Origin: Octopus sinensis
Taxonomy: Eukaryota
NCBI RefSeq assembly: GCF_006345805.1
Contig: NC_043007.1
Coordinates: 39,246,001-39,310,000 of the forward strand
Length of the DNA: 64,000 bases
Direction of reading: 5' to 3'
Shown: positions 14,092 through 26,231 of the stretch, piece by piece
Layout of the letters: each line of letters opens with the position of its first letter
How positions within the stretch are numbered: position 1 is the first letter of the stretch
Position numbers and translations under genes: made by a program
Notes under the pieces: model-generated
What the model was told of the DNA's origin: nothing
Databases searched by the model: none
Seen by the model: the letters and a program-made list of their open reading frames with translations, nothing else

Positions 14092-14521
14092 TTCCTTGTC
14101 TTTACATCATGTGATAGTTGTAAACAAGCATCACCAAGTGGCAACATTTGTTTACAATCTTCAGTGTAAACAAACTCAACAATTGTGCTGATTGCATTTC
14201 AAAGCACTAGAGAGAAATACTGCCTTGCTTAAAAACAGGTGAGGGTTGGCAACAGGAAGAGCATCCAGTCACAGAAAATCTGCATCAATGAATCTCACCT
14301 GCCCCATGCAAGGATCATAACAATAATATATGTGTGAGTGTGTGTGTATATATATATATCATCATCATCATCATCGTTTAATGTCTGTTTTCCATGCTAG
14401 CATGGGTTGGACGGTTCGACCGGGGTCTGGGAAGCTAGGAGGCTGCACCAGGCTCCAGTCTGATCTGGCAGTGTTTCTACAGCTTGATGCCCTTCCTAAC
14501 GCCAACCACTCCGTGAGTGTA

Positions 14522-14558
<37 letters not shown>

Positions 14559-14847
14559 AAAATTAGGGAATGGAGTACGCCACTCCATGAGTTTATATAT
14601 ATATATATATATATGTATATTCAAAAATTAGGGAATGGAGTAAACATATGTACAATAGCAAGCAGAACCTCAGAGATAGTAATTATCCAAATGAGGAGTA
14701 GACCACAAGATACTCTTCATGCCAAGGATATCTTGATTGCATGAAGTTTACATTGTCGTTAGGAGATCCTGTGTTAACTCAAAGGGGGTAATTGATCAAA
14801 ATGTGCAGAAAGCACAGTCCGAGAGGAAAACATATTTGTGGTGTATG

Positions 14848-15262
14848 TCATCATCATCATCGTTTAGCGTCCACTTTCCATGCTAGCATGGGTTGGATGG
14901 TTCAACTGGGGTCTGGGAAGCCAGAAAGCTGCACCAGGCCCAGTCTGATCTGGCAATGTTTCTATGACTGGATGCTCTTCCTAACGCCAACCACTCCGTG
15001 AGTGTAGTGGGTGCTTTTACATGCCACCGGCACAGGTGCCAGATGAGGCTGGCAAACGGCCACGATCGGATGGTGCTTTTTACGTGCCACCAGCACGGGG
15101 GCCAGGCGAGGCTGGCAATGGCCACGATCGGATGGTGCTTTTTATGTTCCACCGGCACGAGGCCAGTCGGGGCGGCGCTGGCAACAGCCGCGTTTGGATG
15201 GTTTTCTTACGTACCACTGGCACTGGTATCACAGCTGCAATTTCCATTGATGTTGATCGATA
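14848..15262 (-). mobile_element. RTE LINE 3' UTR fragment with (GAT)n tail
   Basis: Homologous to 43015-43345; contains GGTTGGCGTTAGGAAG(G/A)GCATCCAG and ACCCATGCTAGCATGG. Other copies: 2115-2292(+), 5468-5641(+), 5830-5983(-), 14358-14522(-), 33120-33476(+), 33554-33830(-), 58915-59075(+). Confidence 0.8.
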
Positions 15263-17298
15263 TATACATATATAGATATAGATATATACATATATATATA
15301 CATACATATGCATATATATATATATACGCACAGAGAAGAGAAAGTGAGAAAGAGGAAATAAGAACTGAGAAAGAAAATGGTAAACAACCATGAAACACAC
15401 ACACACTGAAAACAGGAGTTAAAATAATCCATTGATTTCTAAATGTTCAATAGTGTTACTATGATATTAGTTCTTGTGTGTGTGTGTGTGTGTGTGTGTG
15501 TTTTGCTATTTCTCTATATATCCTGTCCCCCACCACCCTGCTCACCACCGCAACCACCACCACCACCACCCCACCACCTCCCACTGCCACCGTTTTATTT
15601 TCTTTTTTTTCCTTTTTGGTTCTATGGTCACAACACACAGCTCTGTCTAGGCATCCATCACTGTCAATCTCTCTCTCCCTTTCTCTCCTCACTTCATCTG
15701 TTTTTCACTCGCTCCTCCGCTCCAGAAGCTGACTCTCAGATCAGCTGTGCCAGACAAGGCAGAACAACATTCCGAAACCCATTTTAAGCATTGGCCTTGT
15801 GATTTCCTCTTCCCATCCCAGCATCCCTTGCTTTCTCCTCTCCCTCGCTCTCTCTCATGATTGTCTAGCTTGCTTTTTTTCTTCTCTTTTCCTGTTCATC
15901 TCTTTCTCTCTGAATCCATCTATCTCTTATTCTTCTTACCTGTCTATATCACCCTCTCTCTCTCTCTCTAACTTTCTCACGTTCTCTTTGTCTCTATGTC
16001 TGTCTATCTATCTTTTCCTCTCTGTCCATCTCTTTCATTTTCTGTGCACCTATCTCTTGCTCCCCCTGTTTGTATGACACACTCATTCTCTCTTACACAC
16101 ACACACATACACTCTCTCTCTCTCACTCACTCACTCTCTCTCTTTCTTTCTTGCACGCACACACACACACACACACTCTAATTTTCCTGTTTCTACTTTC
16201 AACTCTGCCCTGGTTTCATTCCCTCTCTCTCTCCTCTCTATCTTCCTGTCTCAATCAAACCACCTCCATCTCTCATTTCTAATATGATCAAAGGTGTGGA
16301 GGTGGGGGTGACAAAATGGTAAAAATTTGTATTTAGCTATGTTCCTTCACACCCAGAGTTCAAATCCCACCCTTACTCTCACTGGGAGATGGGAGGCATC
16401 TACTTAGCCTTGATCCATCCATGGGTCATACAATAAATACCAGCCATATACTGAGACCAAATAAATTAAACAACAAACACTCCCCACCCCCACCCAGATA
16501 TTATGGCCCTGGGCTAGCATACACAACCAATACACATCCTTCTCTCTCTCACATTTTTCTCTCAGCATCATAATTCTCTCTCTCTCTCGTTTCCCCACAT
16601 CATTTTTATTAATCACATCTCTATCATTTATTTTCCACTCTTTCTCCATCTTTGACACACACACACACACACGCATGCGCACTCACTCCATCATCTAGCC
16701 CTTCCAGTTTCCGTAACGCCATCATCTCTCTTCCTTACCCACAGCCTCATCTTCTTCTTCTCCATTCCCTCTTAGCCACTCTACACCCATCACCATCACC
16801 ACCACCACCACCACCATACCGCAACTCCTTCTCTCCCCTCCTCCTCCTCTTACACCTCACTGCACCACACCACTTTCATCCACTCCAGCAAATTCACTTC
16901 TTAAAAATATTAAGGAAAAAAACAAAAAACAAAAAAAAACACAAAGCCCCACCCACCCAGTGAGTGGTGGTGGTGGTGGTGGTTATATTATCCCCTGTTT
17001 GTTTCTTTTTTTTTCTCTTTCTTTGTTGCTGTTGTTGTTCTTGCCTTGCCTAGCTCGTTTGCAAACAACACAGCTTTGAGCAACGGATTGTGAATTTCTG
17101 AATTTCTCTAAGTGATTTATTCTCAAACCAAACCACGAAGAGAATAGCTCGGAAGAGGGGAAGAAGAAAAAAAATAAAATAAAATAAAATGAAAAATAAA
17201 AATATAAAACGATAAACTAAAATAAAACAATTAAATAAAAGAAATTATTAAAAATGATAATATAATACACAAATATATCTTTACTCATTCATACATAA

Positions 17299-17334
<36 letters not shown>

Positions 17335-17528
17335 AGGCAAAGTCATGGCTGTGTGGTTAAGAAGTTTGCTTTTCAACCACATCACTTCAGGTTCAGTACC
17401 ACTGCATGGTGCCTTGAGCATGTGTCTTTCACTACAGACTGAATTGCTCAATGCCCTTATGAGGAAATTCAGTTGATGGGAAATGAATGAAGTCTTGAGT
17501 ACATATATACACATATTGTGTGTGTGAT

Positions 17529-17859
17529 GGCGCATGGCTCAGTGGTTAGAGCATCGAGCTCAAAATCATGAGGTAGTGAGTACGGTTCCCAGATCGGGCT
17601 GTATGTTGTGTTCTTGAGCAAGACATTGTATTTCACATTCCTCCAGTTCACTCAGTGGTAGAAATGAATTGTAACATCACTGGTACCAAGCTGTAGTGGC
17701 CTTTGCCTTTTCCTTGGATAACATCGGTGGTGTGAAGAGGGGAGGCTGATATGCATGGGCGACTGTCAGTCTTCCATAAACAACCTTGCTTGGACTTGTG
17801 CCTTGGAGGGTAACTTTCTAGGTGCAATCCCATGGTCATTCATGACCAAAAGGGGTCTC
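17529..17859 (+). mobile_element. tRNA-derived SINE family C (head GGCGCATGGCTCAGTGGTTAGAG)
   Basis: A-box TGGCTCAGTGG; GTTGTGTTCTTGAGCAAGACA box; 3' CTAGGTGCAATCCCATGGTC. Further copies at 55083-55403(+), 63626-63958(+) and a partial copy at 63363-63480. Confidence 0.85.
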
Positions 17860-18141
17860 CATGTCTGTGTTAATATTTATGACCCTCTGCAGAGCTATGG
17901 CCACAAATGGGGACATTGCTATTTTGTGGCAGGACTGCAACCAGTTGTTTGTTGGTATTCTCCATGCCCATTTCTGCTAACTTTGCCTTTTCAAATTAAG
18001 AAAAAAATACATTTACTTGAAAAATAGGGAAAAGGGTTGGTGACAACAAGAGCATCTAGGTGTAAAAAATCCTACTTCAATTACCTCCTAAACCATGCTA
18101 GAGTAGAAAAACAAACTTGAAATAAAACAGACACAACTATA

Positions 18142-18358
18142 TAAGATGGTGCTGAAGAATTCCTGGCTTTAAGGGCATCACAAAAGGCCTGGTTAGAGGC
18201 CCAACGTTTTGAGTTCTTTTATAGGGCTTAGAAAACCTGAAGAGCCGCTGCAGTAAGTGTGTGAATCTGAGAGGGAAATATGTTGAATAAAATCATAATT
18301 AGCTGGTCCTGCTGTATTTTCCTTCACCCAAAGCCAGGAACTTTTCAGTATCCCCTCA
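18142..18358 (+). mobile_element. Mariner-derived MITE
   Basis: TA-flanked ~30-bp imperfect TIRs (TAAGATGGTGCTGAAGAATTCCTGGCTTT vs reverse complement TGAGGGGATACTGAAAAGTTCCTGGCTTT). Interior retains the mariner C-terminus LKSRCSKCVNLRGKYVE*. Confidence 0.7.
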
Positions 18359-19020
18359 TATAAACACACATACATATTGTGACAAAGGTAGGTTTTTGTT
18401 TTAGACCACAAGAACCAGAAGTGCACAGGTAAAAAAAAACAATTTATTGCACCAAAAAAAAAAAAAAAAAGGAAATCAAGAAATGACTTCAAGTGACTTG
18501 AATCAACAAGTACTGATATATTTCTCTTATAAATGTTTTGAGTACTTATCAAAAAAGGAAATTTATGGACACAATCCACCCATCTCTACTATTGTTGCTC
18601 ACTGCAGGATAAGGTTTGCTGGCAACTGTTATTGTGCTGAACACCAGGACATACTAGCTATTATAATTTGGAGACCGCTGCAGCCTAATAAAGGACAAAA
18701 ACCACTCACCTACATTGGTGTTATTGGTAGACACAAACAACAAGAAATTGGGGCCTTACCAAAGTTAATAGAGGAACAAGACTCCAAGTGCAGCAAAAGG
18801 GAAATGCATCTCTGTTGCAGCCACAAACAGAACACACACACATATACATAAACTGATGCATGTAAACACATGAACATATATTCATACACTAATATATACA
18901 TACATACGTATATTATTTATATTATTATATGATTGAATGCCATGCATCCTATTCCAAGTAAGTTTTATCTTAATTCTGATGCGACTCTCTATTCTTCTTA
19001 TTACTCTTTTGTTTTTTCTC

Positions 19021-19460
19021 TCTTCCTTTCTCTTTTACCTCCTTTTCTCCCACTATTCTATCCTTTTATTCTTTCGTTTTTCTCCCTTCCTTTCTCTTAT
19101 TCTTTTACCCCCTTTTCTCCCATTATTCTATCCCTTTACTCTAGCGTTTTTTTTCTTTTCCTTCCTCTTATTCTTTTACCTCCTCTTCTCCCACTATTCT
19201 ATCCTTTTACTCTTTCGTTTTCTCTTCCTTTCTCTTTTACCTCCTTTTCTCCCACTATTCTATCCTTTTATTCTTTCGTTTTTCTCCCTTCCTTTCTCTT
19301 ATTCTTTTACCCCCTTTTCTCCCATTATTCTATCCCTTTACTCTAGCGTTTTTTTTCTTTTCCTTCCTCTTATTCTTTTACCTCCTCTTCTCCCACTATT
19401 CTATCCTTTTACTCTTTCGTTTTCTCTTCCTTTCTCTTAGTCTTTTACCTTCCCTTCTCC
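19021..19460. repeat. 202-bp higher-order polypyrimidine tandem repeat (trimer of ~65-bp monomers)
   Basis: The unit start TCTTCCTTTCTCTT recurs at 19021, 19223 and 19425; monomer core TCTTTTAC(C/T)CC..TTCTCCCA(C/T)TATTCTATCC. Confidence 0.85.
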
Positions 19461-20654
19461 CTTTCTTTTTTCTCTCTTATCCTATCTCCAAATCTTTTCC
19501 TCCACCCTTCACAGTTCTCTGTCTGTCACTCTCTCTCCCCCACTCTTCCTCCTTTGCTCACGTGGCTCCCACACGACAATTGACCATTTTTCTTTCTTCT
19601 CCTAACTTGCGTTTCATTCTTTCTTCCTGCTGCAGCTGGACAAGGAAGACATATTCTTGTCTGTATCCTGTCCAAGCTTGTTTCCTCACGTTCGCCACCA
19701 CAACCCCTTTTAGGCTTAGCAGCCCTTCCTGTTTGTTTTTACTGTCCTGTATATGTCACCAATTTCGACCACCAGCAAAATCCCAAATTTTATTTAATTT
19801 GCTTTGCAGGAGCAACTGTTTTATTGAAGGCATATCTTGTCATGAATTGCTCGAAATACAGATTAGAAAAACAGTTGACAACTGATGAAGGGTCGTTCTT
19901 TGTGTTGTTTGTCTTGTTTTCCATTTGTTTCTTTCGCTGTTCACAAAAAAAGTTCATATCCCATGTCCCTGTACTTCGCATTTTTTGTTGTTTACGTTTT
20001 GTGACATCCTGTGCCCACATATGCATATGTATATACGTATACATGTAAGTACGTACATATACATATGTATATATGCATATATATATATATATTATTTATA
20101 TTATTATATGATTGAATGCCATGTATCCTTTTCCAAGTAAGTTTTATCTATCTATCTATCTATAATATATGTATAAAAAATATATATAAAAATACAAAAT
20201 GGGACAAGAACGTAAAACATTCAAATAGATGATACAAAAAACGGACGGGTCATTCAAAGCCTCTAATCTTCAGTCAAGAACCGGATCATCCTCACAATTT
20301 CGGCTGATTAATCTTGATCATCATCATCATTGTTTAATGTCCGTTTTCCACGCTAGCACGGGTTGGACTACACACACACACATACATACACACTGTGTGG
20401 TAAGAAGTTTACTTCCCAACCACATTTTGGGTTCAGTCCCACTGAATGGCACTTCTACCATAGCCCTGGGCTGTCCAAAACCTTTAAAGTGATCTAAATT
20501 AAAATCACCCATCACAATTTCATACTAAACTCTGTTCCAAACACCAGCTTAATAAGGAGAAAGGTATTTTACTAAATTCTTCATGTATTGAAACAAAGGT
20601 AGTGTATTCCAAGAAAAGTAATGGTAACCAAAAGTACAATCACTGAGACATGCA

Positions 20655-20835
20655 CCACACAACTATAATGGCTTCTGTTCTATGGAACTGGCTGTTCTAT
20701 CTCCACCATTCAATCACTTCTGACTCACTCAGATCCAACTTCCACTCCAACACTTCCTTCCAAGGACATTGACCCCTCGGGAATCTTTCCCTTGTTCGTT
20801 TCATTCCACCAAGTGTTGACCTACAACACCAAGCT
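20655..20835 (+). pseudogene. Possible CR1-group RT C-terminal remnant
   Basis: YNGFCSMELAVL...FLPRT...ESFP resembles the Y.G.CS.EL...FFPRT..WNSLP motif series. Confidence 0.4.
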
Positions 20836-21832
20836 TACTAGTCTAAGAGCCTGCAAAGATTAGAAGAACGGCTCCTTTCTCCATGCTCACCAGGGAGATT
20901 AACCAAATAAATAAATAAATAGATAAACAAAAATAACCTGGTATTTTATTCAGGGAAAGTGTAGTCTCTCATCCATTGATTCATCCTCAATTTAACGTTC
21001 CCTTTTCCATGCTTGCATGAGCCAGACAGAGTTTATTGAGGCAGGGTTTCAATGACAGGATGCCCTTCTTTTTGCCAACCCTTACCTGTTTCAAAGCAAC
21101 ATAATATTTCCTTAAAGCCAGATATGTTTTCATAGAATAGAATATTGGAAATGAATGGCATTCACTTACAACAATCACACAATGCCAGGACAGAAATATT
21201 CTCAGACAGAAACACTCTCACACTCACAAGCTATAAAAAGAAGACACTTGCCCAGGGTACCATGCAGTGGGACTGAATGCAAAACTTCTTAACCCCAAAC
21301 CACTCAGCCATGCCAACAGAAAACGGTTCTTGTGAGATTGAAGGGAACATTTTAAGAGACATTTAGACTGGTAGTGTTAGGGGATGTGGTGTCTTAATCA
21401 TAGTTGTGGCTATATAAGAAATAAACATTGACTGCAAAAGAAGAGTGTATATAATATTGTACTCACAAGGAAGGTAAGCTTCTTGAGCGGAGAACTCCTG
21501 AAAGAGTAAAAATACATAATAATTATAGAATTATAATAATACATAATAATTATAGAATTATAGAATAGTAAAAAAAAACAGTAAGAAGAAAAACACCAAT
21601 TACACTGCTTAACAAAACAAAACTTTTATTTTCTGTTATAAAATCTTAGAGCTGTTTTAGACTAATTTTTGGGAGCTAATTTCAAAACTGACCTCAGATT
21701 TGCTCTATCACATGACATCTTTCTCTCATTGGTATATACCTTTATTTACCTGGAGAATTCCAAAAGTTAACTTTACACCACTATTTGCAAGAATTTTGGC
21801 TGGACTGTCATGCTAATGTTGAATATGTTTAA

Positions 21833-22030
21833 CCCTTTCATTACCAACCCAGCTGAGTACAAATGTCTTGTTTTCATAAGTTTTGAATTAAAATCTTCCA
21901 CCAAACCTTAGTCACAATTTATGTTCCTAACATTTGCTTAATAACTACGTTATTTTACTAAATTCTTTATTATATTTAAGTAATTGAAAGAAACACAGAG
22001 TATCTCAAAATAAATACAGTAACAAAAGGG
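21833..22030. mobile_element. piggyBac-type MITE family 1, nested in the Chapaev element
   Basis: TTAA|CCCTTTCATTAC ... GTAACAAAAGGG|TTAA: CCC/GGG ends, TTAA TSD, 198 bp, no ORF. Confidence 0.8.
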
Positions 22031-22100
22031 TTAAGCTGAGTTTTGCTTTAAAACCCTTCCTCTTCTTTTCAGGTGTGAACTGAACCACTGTGATCTAATT

Positions 22101-22350
22101 ATGGATATAACATAAAAAAGGGTATGCTGTAATGACCTTGATATCTTCTGTTACATCTGTGGAAACTTCACTACACAGGCACAAAGATGCAACATTAATA
22201 ACTTTATCAAGGTGTATCTTGCTTACTTTAAAGTGACACTCGGGGACCAGGACAAAACCTGGGCTTCCCAAAAAGTTTGCAAAACCTGTGTTGAAAATTG
22301 GTGTGATGAAGCAATTCATCAAATCTCTTGATCACAGTGGAGACTGCTTC

Positions 22351-22389
<39 letters not shown>

Positions 22390-22860
22390 AGCTTTCCAAG
22401 TCTCAGTGACAAGAAGAAGAAGAAGAAGGCAGGAATATTTGATGGACCTCACATAAGAATACTCCTCAAGGATGCACATTTTCTTAAAACAATGAGTGCG
22501 GCAGAGACTAGATCTTGGAATGCCTTCTCTGATGTGGTGCAGAATTCCCTTGGGAACAGGAAAGCTGAAAACTATTAAGAGATTGCGGAGGAGCTGCTCT
22601 TGAGTTTTCAAGTGCTTGGGTGTAGAATGAGCATTAAATTGCACTACTCACACAGTCACTTGGATGAGTTTACTGAGAACCTGGGTGATGCTAGCGACAA
22701 ACAAAGTGAACACTTTCATCAAGATGTAAAACTAATGGAAGAACACTACCAAGGCTGATGGGATTTAAACATGATTGCAGATTACTACTGGAGTTTGATG
22801 AGAGACATTCCAGAAGCTGTGCTCACGAGATCATCAAAGAAGAGGAAGTTCTTGCAGTAA
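22101..22860 (+). pseudogene. Chapaev3-like transposase pseudogene (N-terminal Cys-rich region fused to the C-terminal part)
   Basis: Manual translation: MDIT*KRVCCNDLDIFCYICGNF...YLAYFKVTLGDQDKTWASQKVCKTCVEN, then in another frame LKIGVMKQFIKSLD...AGIFDGPHIR...LGNRKAENY*...MSIKLHYSHSHLDEFTENLGDASDKQSEHFHQD...KRKFLQ*. The K.H....H and SD..E..H motifs match the Chapaev/Transib/RAG1-like C-terminus. Disrupted by stops and a (TA)n insertion at ~22352-22387. Splice-acceptor-like TCTTCTTTTCAG|G just upstream (~22072). Confidence 0.8.
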
Positions 22861-23224
22861 TTAGATGATCAGAATGAACGACTACAATGAACAGAAATTT
22901 TGTATTCATTCTTTGTTATCACCAAGTATAATTCTTACATGCTAATGTGCATTTACTCACACAACTTTGTATTTTGGTTTATTAGATTAAAAGAAGAAAG
23001 ATATATTGTCTATTAAAAATTGCATTTACGTATGTTTAATTTTTCCTTTATGAGCATTAAATAGCTGTTTCTAGCAAAACTAAAATATTTTATATCTCAA
23101 AAATCTGATGTGATTGACAAAATCTGATGCCTCACCCAAAATTAGCAAAAAACCATTGACAAACCTTGCGCCAGAAAATATGTATTGACCAGTGTTATAG
23201 AATTAGTAATGAACCAGAAATTAT

Positions 23225-23593
23225 ATGAAAGAGAGAGAGAGAGAAAAATTGAGACACAAAGAAGGATAGAGAAAAACACAGACAAAGAGAAAAAGAGAGA
23301 CAGAGATACAGAGACAAAAAGAGGGTGAGAGAGAGGCACACAAAAACAGAGAGACAGATAAGACTGATAAATAGACATCATAAAGACAGAGAGAGGAATA
23401 GAGAAAGACAGACAGTTAGAAAGTTAGAGACTGGCAGAGAGAGAGGCACAGAGATAGAGAGAGTGATAGAGAATGACACAGACAGAGATACAGAGACAAA
23501 GAGAGAGAGAAAGGGATAGAGAAAGACAGAAAAATAGAGAGAGAAAGATAGAGGAAGACACAGACAGACCGAAAGATATAAAGAGAGAGAGAG

Positions 23594-23627
<34 letters not shown>

Positions 23628-23645
23628 GAGCAGACAGAAAAAGAG
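23225..23645. repeat. Degenerate (GA)/(GACA) purine-rich tract
   Basis: Direct inspection; starts just after the Chapaev right end. Confidence 0.85.
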
Positions 23646-23900
23646 AAAGAATGTTGAAACTGAAGTAAATATATTGCAAAAGAATCATACGAGCCCTTTT
23701 TTTTAAAAAAAAAAAACAAAACTTATCTAGCCTCTCACATCTACTCCTACAATGTCTTTCCAAAAAAAATAATCACACCATCGAACACCTGAAGCTACAG
23801 GACAGTGTCTGCTTAATTAAAACCTTGTGAGTATATAAGCATTACAGCTGACAAAGTAATCTGAATGCCAAAGGGTTAAAAACTGTGCATCTATTAGAAA

Positions 23901-23982
23901 CTATGTTCTCATCACTCCTTACCACGTTCACATCACTGCTTACGACGTTCTCATCACTGTTTACCACGTTCTCATCACTACA
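23901..23982. repeat. 21-bp minisatellite, about 4 units
   Basis: ACGTTCTCATCACTG(C/T)TTAC(C/G)-like units; reads SDENVV repeats in ORF 23842..24063(-). Confidence 0.75.
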
Positions 23983-24164
23983 TTCAGCTGTAAAAAGCCA
24001 CGCCAAAATAGACAGGGAGCCCAGGCAGCTCTTCAGCTGACCAACTCCTATCAAACTGTCCAACCTATGCCAGCATGGAAAACGAATGTTAGATGATGAT
24101 GATGGTGACCGCCGTTGTTGTCAAAAACAACAACATTGTTATCATTATTATTGGGAGAGTTTAC

Positions 24165-24312
24165 GAAAAAAACAAAAGATGAAGACAGGTGGTGTACAAA
24201 ACAAACACATGTATTAGTATAATGCTCAGGAATAGAAAAAGTCTTCTACATTTCGAGCCTACACTCTTCTACAGAAAGGGACTCAGAAAAAACAAGGAGA
24301 GAAAAAAAAAAT
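24165..24312 (-). repeat. Dispersed repeat, possibly a Penelope-like terminal fragment
   Basis: Homologous to 49381-49530; reverse strand has GAAGAGTGTAGGCTCGAAA. Penelope assignment rests only on this terminal motif resemblance. Confidence 0.4.
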
Positions 24313-24722
24313 AGCAGCACAGTTGAATCACTGAAGACTGGGCCCTTGGATTCAATGAGATGTGACATTCTTTACAGTAACATTTAATTCTCTTACTGGA
24401 CTTTTCTTTAAGCATCCCGGGAGTTGAAAAATTAAAAAAATATTAAAAAAACACCTACCTATTTTATAATATATATATCCCCTTTTTCCCCATGTTTGTT
24501 GTTTGTTTTTTTTTATGCCTGCTATCTCACCTATCAGTCGCTTTCACCTTAATAATAAACACACACACATACATGTATACACACTTACAAGGTGAAAGTC
24601 AACTCATAACCAAGTAAGACCACTTCCTAAACTCAGTAAGTCCATGCAAATATTCCAAGACTCCAATATATATATATATATTATACATACACACACAAAC
24701 ACACATATTTATACGCATACAT

Positions 24723-24757
<35 letters not shown>

Positions 24758-26231
24758 CATACATAAACAAAACACAAACACACACCACAAGGAAACACCA
24801 AATTAACACACATCACAGACTTGTTTGTAAAAGAAACACCCATTCTAAAATGATTTTCCTTCTTCCTGTCCACATCACTTCTCCGCTTCTTAATTTTTGA
24901 ATTTTTCTTTCATGGACATAAAAAAAATATATTTAAAAAAAAAATACCTCACCACCAAAAAACACACAAGACAACACATACCAAAAAAAAAATCCCCACC
25001 AAACAAAAAAAAAAAGCTAGAAATATCTCACCCTTCCCTACCCACACTATATCTAAATAAATCAAGAAATATAAAAACTGAAACGACAATAGTAGTAATA
25101 ATAATAATAATAATAATAATAATGATAATAATAACAATAATAATAATGATAATAATAATAATACAATGAATAAAGTTTTATACTCTGTTCTCTTCCACCT
25201 CCTCCTTCCTCCCACATCCTCCAACCGACACTTTGGAACGAAATGGTTATAGCGCTGGGGGAAGTGGAGAGGGTGAGGAAGGGTAAATAACAAATAATAA
25301 TAATAATAATAATAATAATAACGATGATGATAAAGTTTCAATGTGGATAGAAACAGAGAGTAAAAGAGCCTATAAAATGTTTCTTTCATTAAGAAGCAAA
25401 GTCACACGGTGTCTGAAGATGGCAACTCGTTAGCAACATAGGAACCCCCCCCCCCATCCCCATCACCGCCAGTGTCGCCACCATCTCCGACTTCACGGCT
25501 GCATTACACCACGCTTGGCTGGAAGTCAAACTGATGAGATGAAGATACATAAGCAATGACTTCCTTCCTTCTTTTCTTCCTTCCTCTTCTTTCTCTCTCT
25601 CTCTCCCGCTCTTTCCATTTCTTTTGCTTTATTATTTTGTTTTAATTCAAATTTGTTTTATATTATATACAATAAAATTATACACACACACACGAGTGTC
25701 TGTGGCAATACTGCACACATAAATAATATAAATAGCAATATGGTATTTTAGAATATAAACAAATCATAAATACACATACACACACACATAGCGTGTCCCC
25801 ACAAAAAAAAATGTAAAAACAAATACAACTATTACGAAGCTTTATACCATGAAATAACAACAACAACAACAACAGTAAATAAATGAAACAAACATAAAAA
25901 AAAAGCATTTTTGTTTTTATTATCATAGATGAATATTCCTCTCATCTCTCCACTCTGGTTGAGAAAAGTAAATTCCAAGAAGTTGAACATTTAAGGCAAA
26001 ACCATGTGGTTGAGTGGTTTACTTCCCAACCATGTAGCCTTCGGTTCGGTTTGAATGTGTGGAAACTTCTATGAGGTCGAGAGTACTTTGCCTACATCTG
26101 TAAAGGAAAGTAGTTGCCTGTTCTGATTCTACATGAGAGCAGTTTAAGTGAGAGTCAGTAGCTATTCTGAGTAGGTTAAACAACGGCATAGAGACTTCTT
26201 TGGCCACATAGCTGTGTGTGTGTATTGTCAC

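Larger units (their letters stand above)
21603..23194 (+). mobile_element. Chapaev3-type (CMC superfamily) DNA transposon, internally deleted, non-autonomous
   Basis: Ends read TTA|CACTG (21600-21607) and CAGTG|TTA (23190-23197): CAC..GTG termini with a 3-bp TWA TSD, as established for Chapaev3. Imperfect subterminal inverted repeat (~21660-21715 vs ~23105-23150). Contains a transposase remnant. Confidence 0.8.

Noticed and set aside
19636-19715. Possible exon after TTCTTCCTGCTGCAG (LDKEDIFLSV...)
   Set aside because: Stop codon within ~25 codons, no donor site and no recognisable homology.
22101-22860. Initial assignment of this transposase to Sola
   Set aside because: Sola-type core motifs are absent, while the CAC..GTG termini, TTA TSD and K.H....H / SD..E..H motifs fit Chapaev3.
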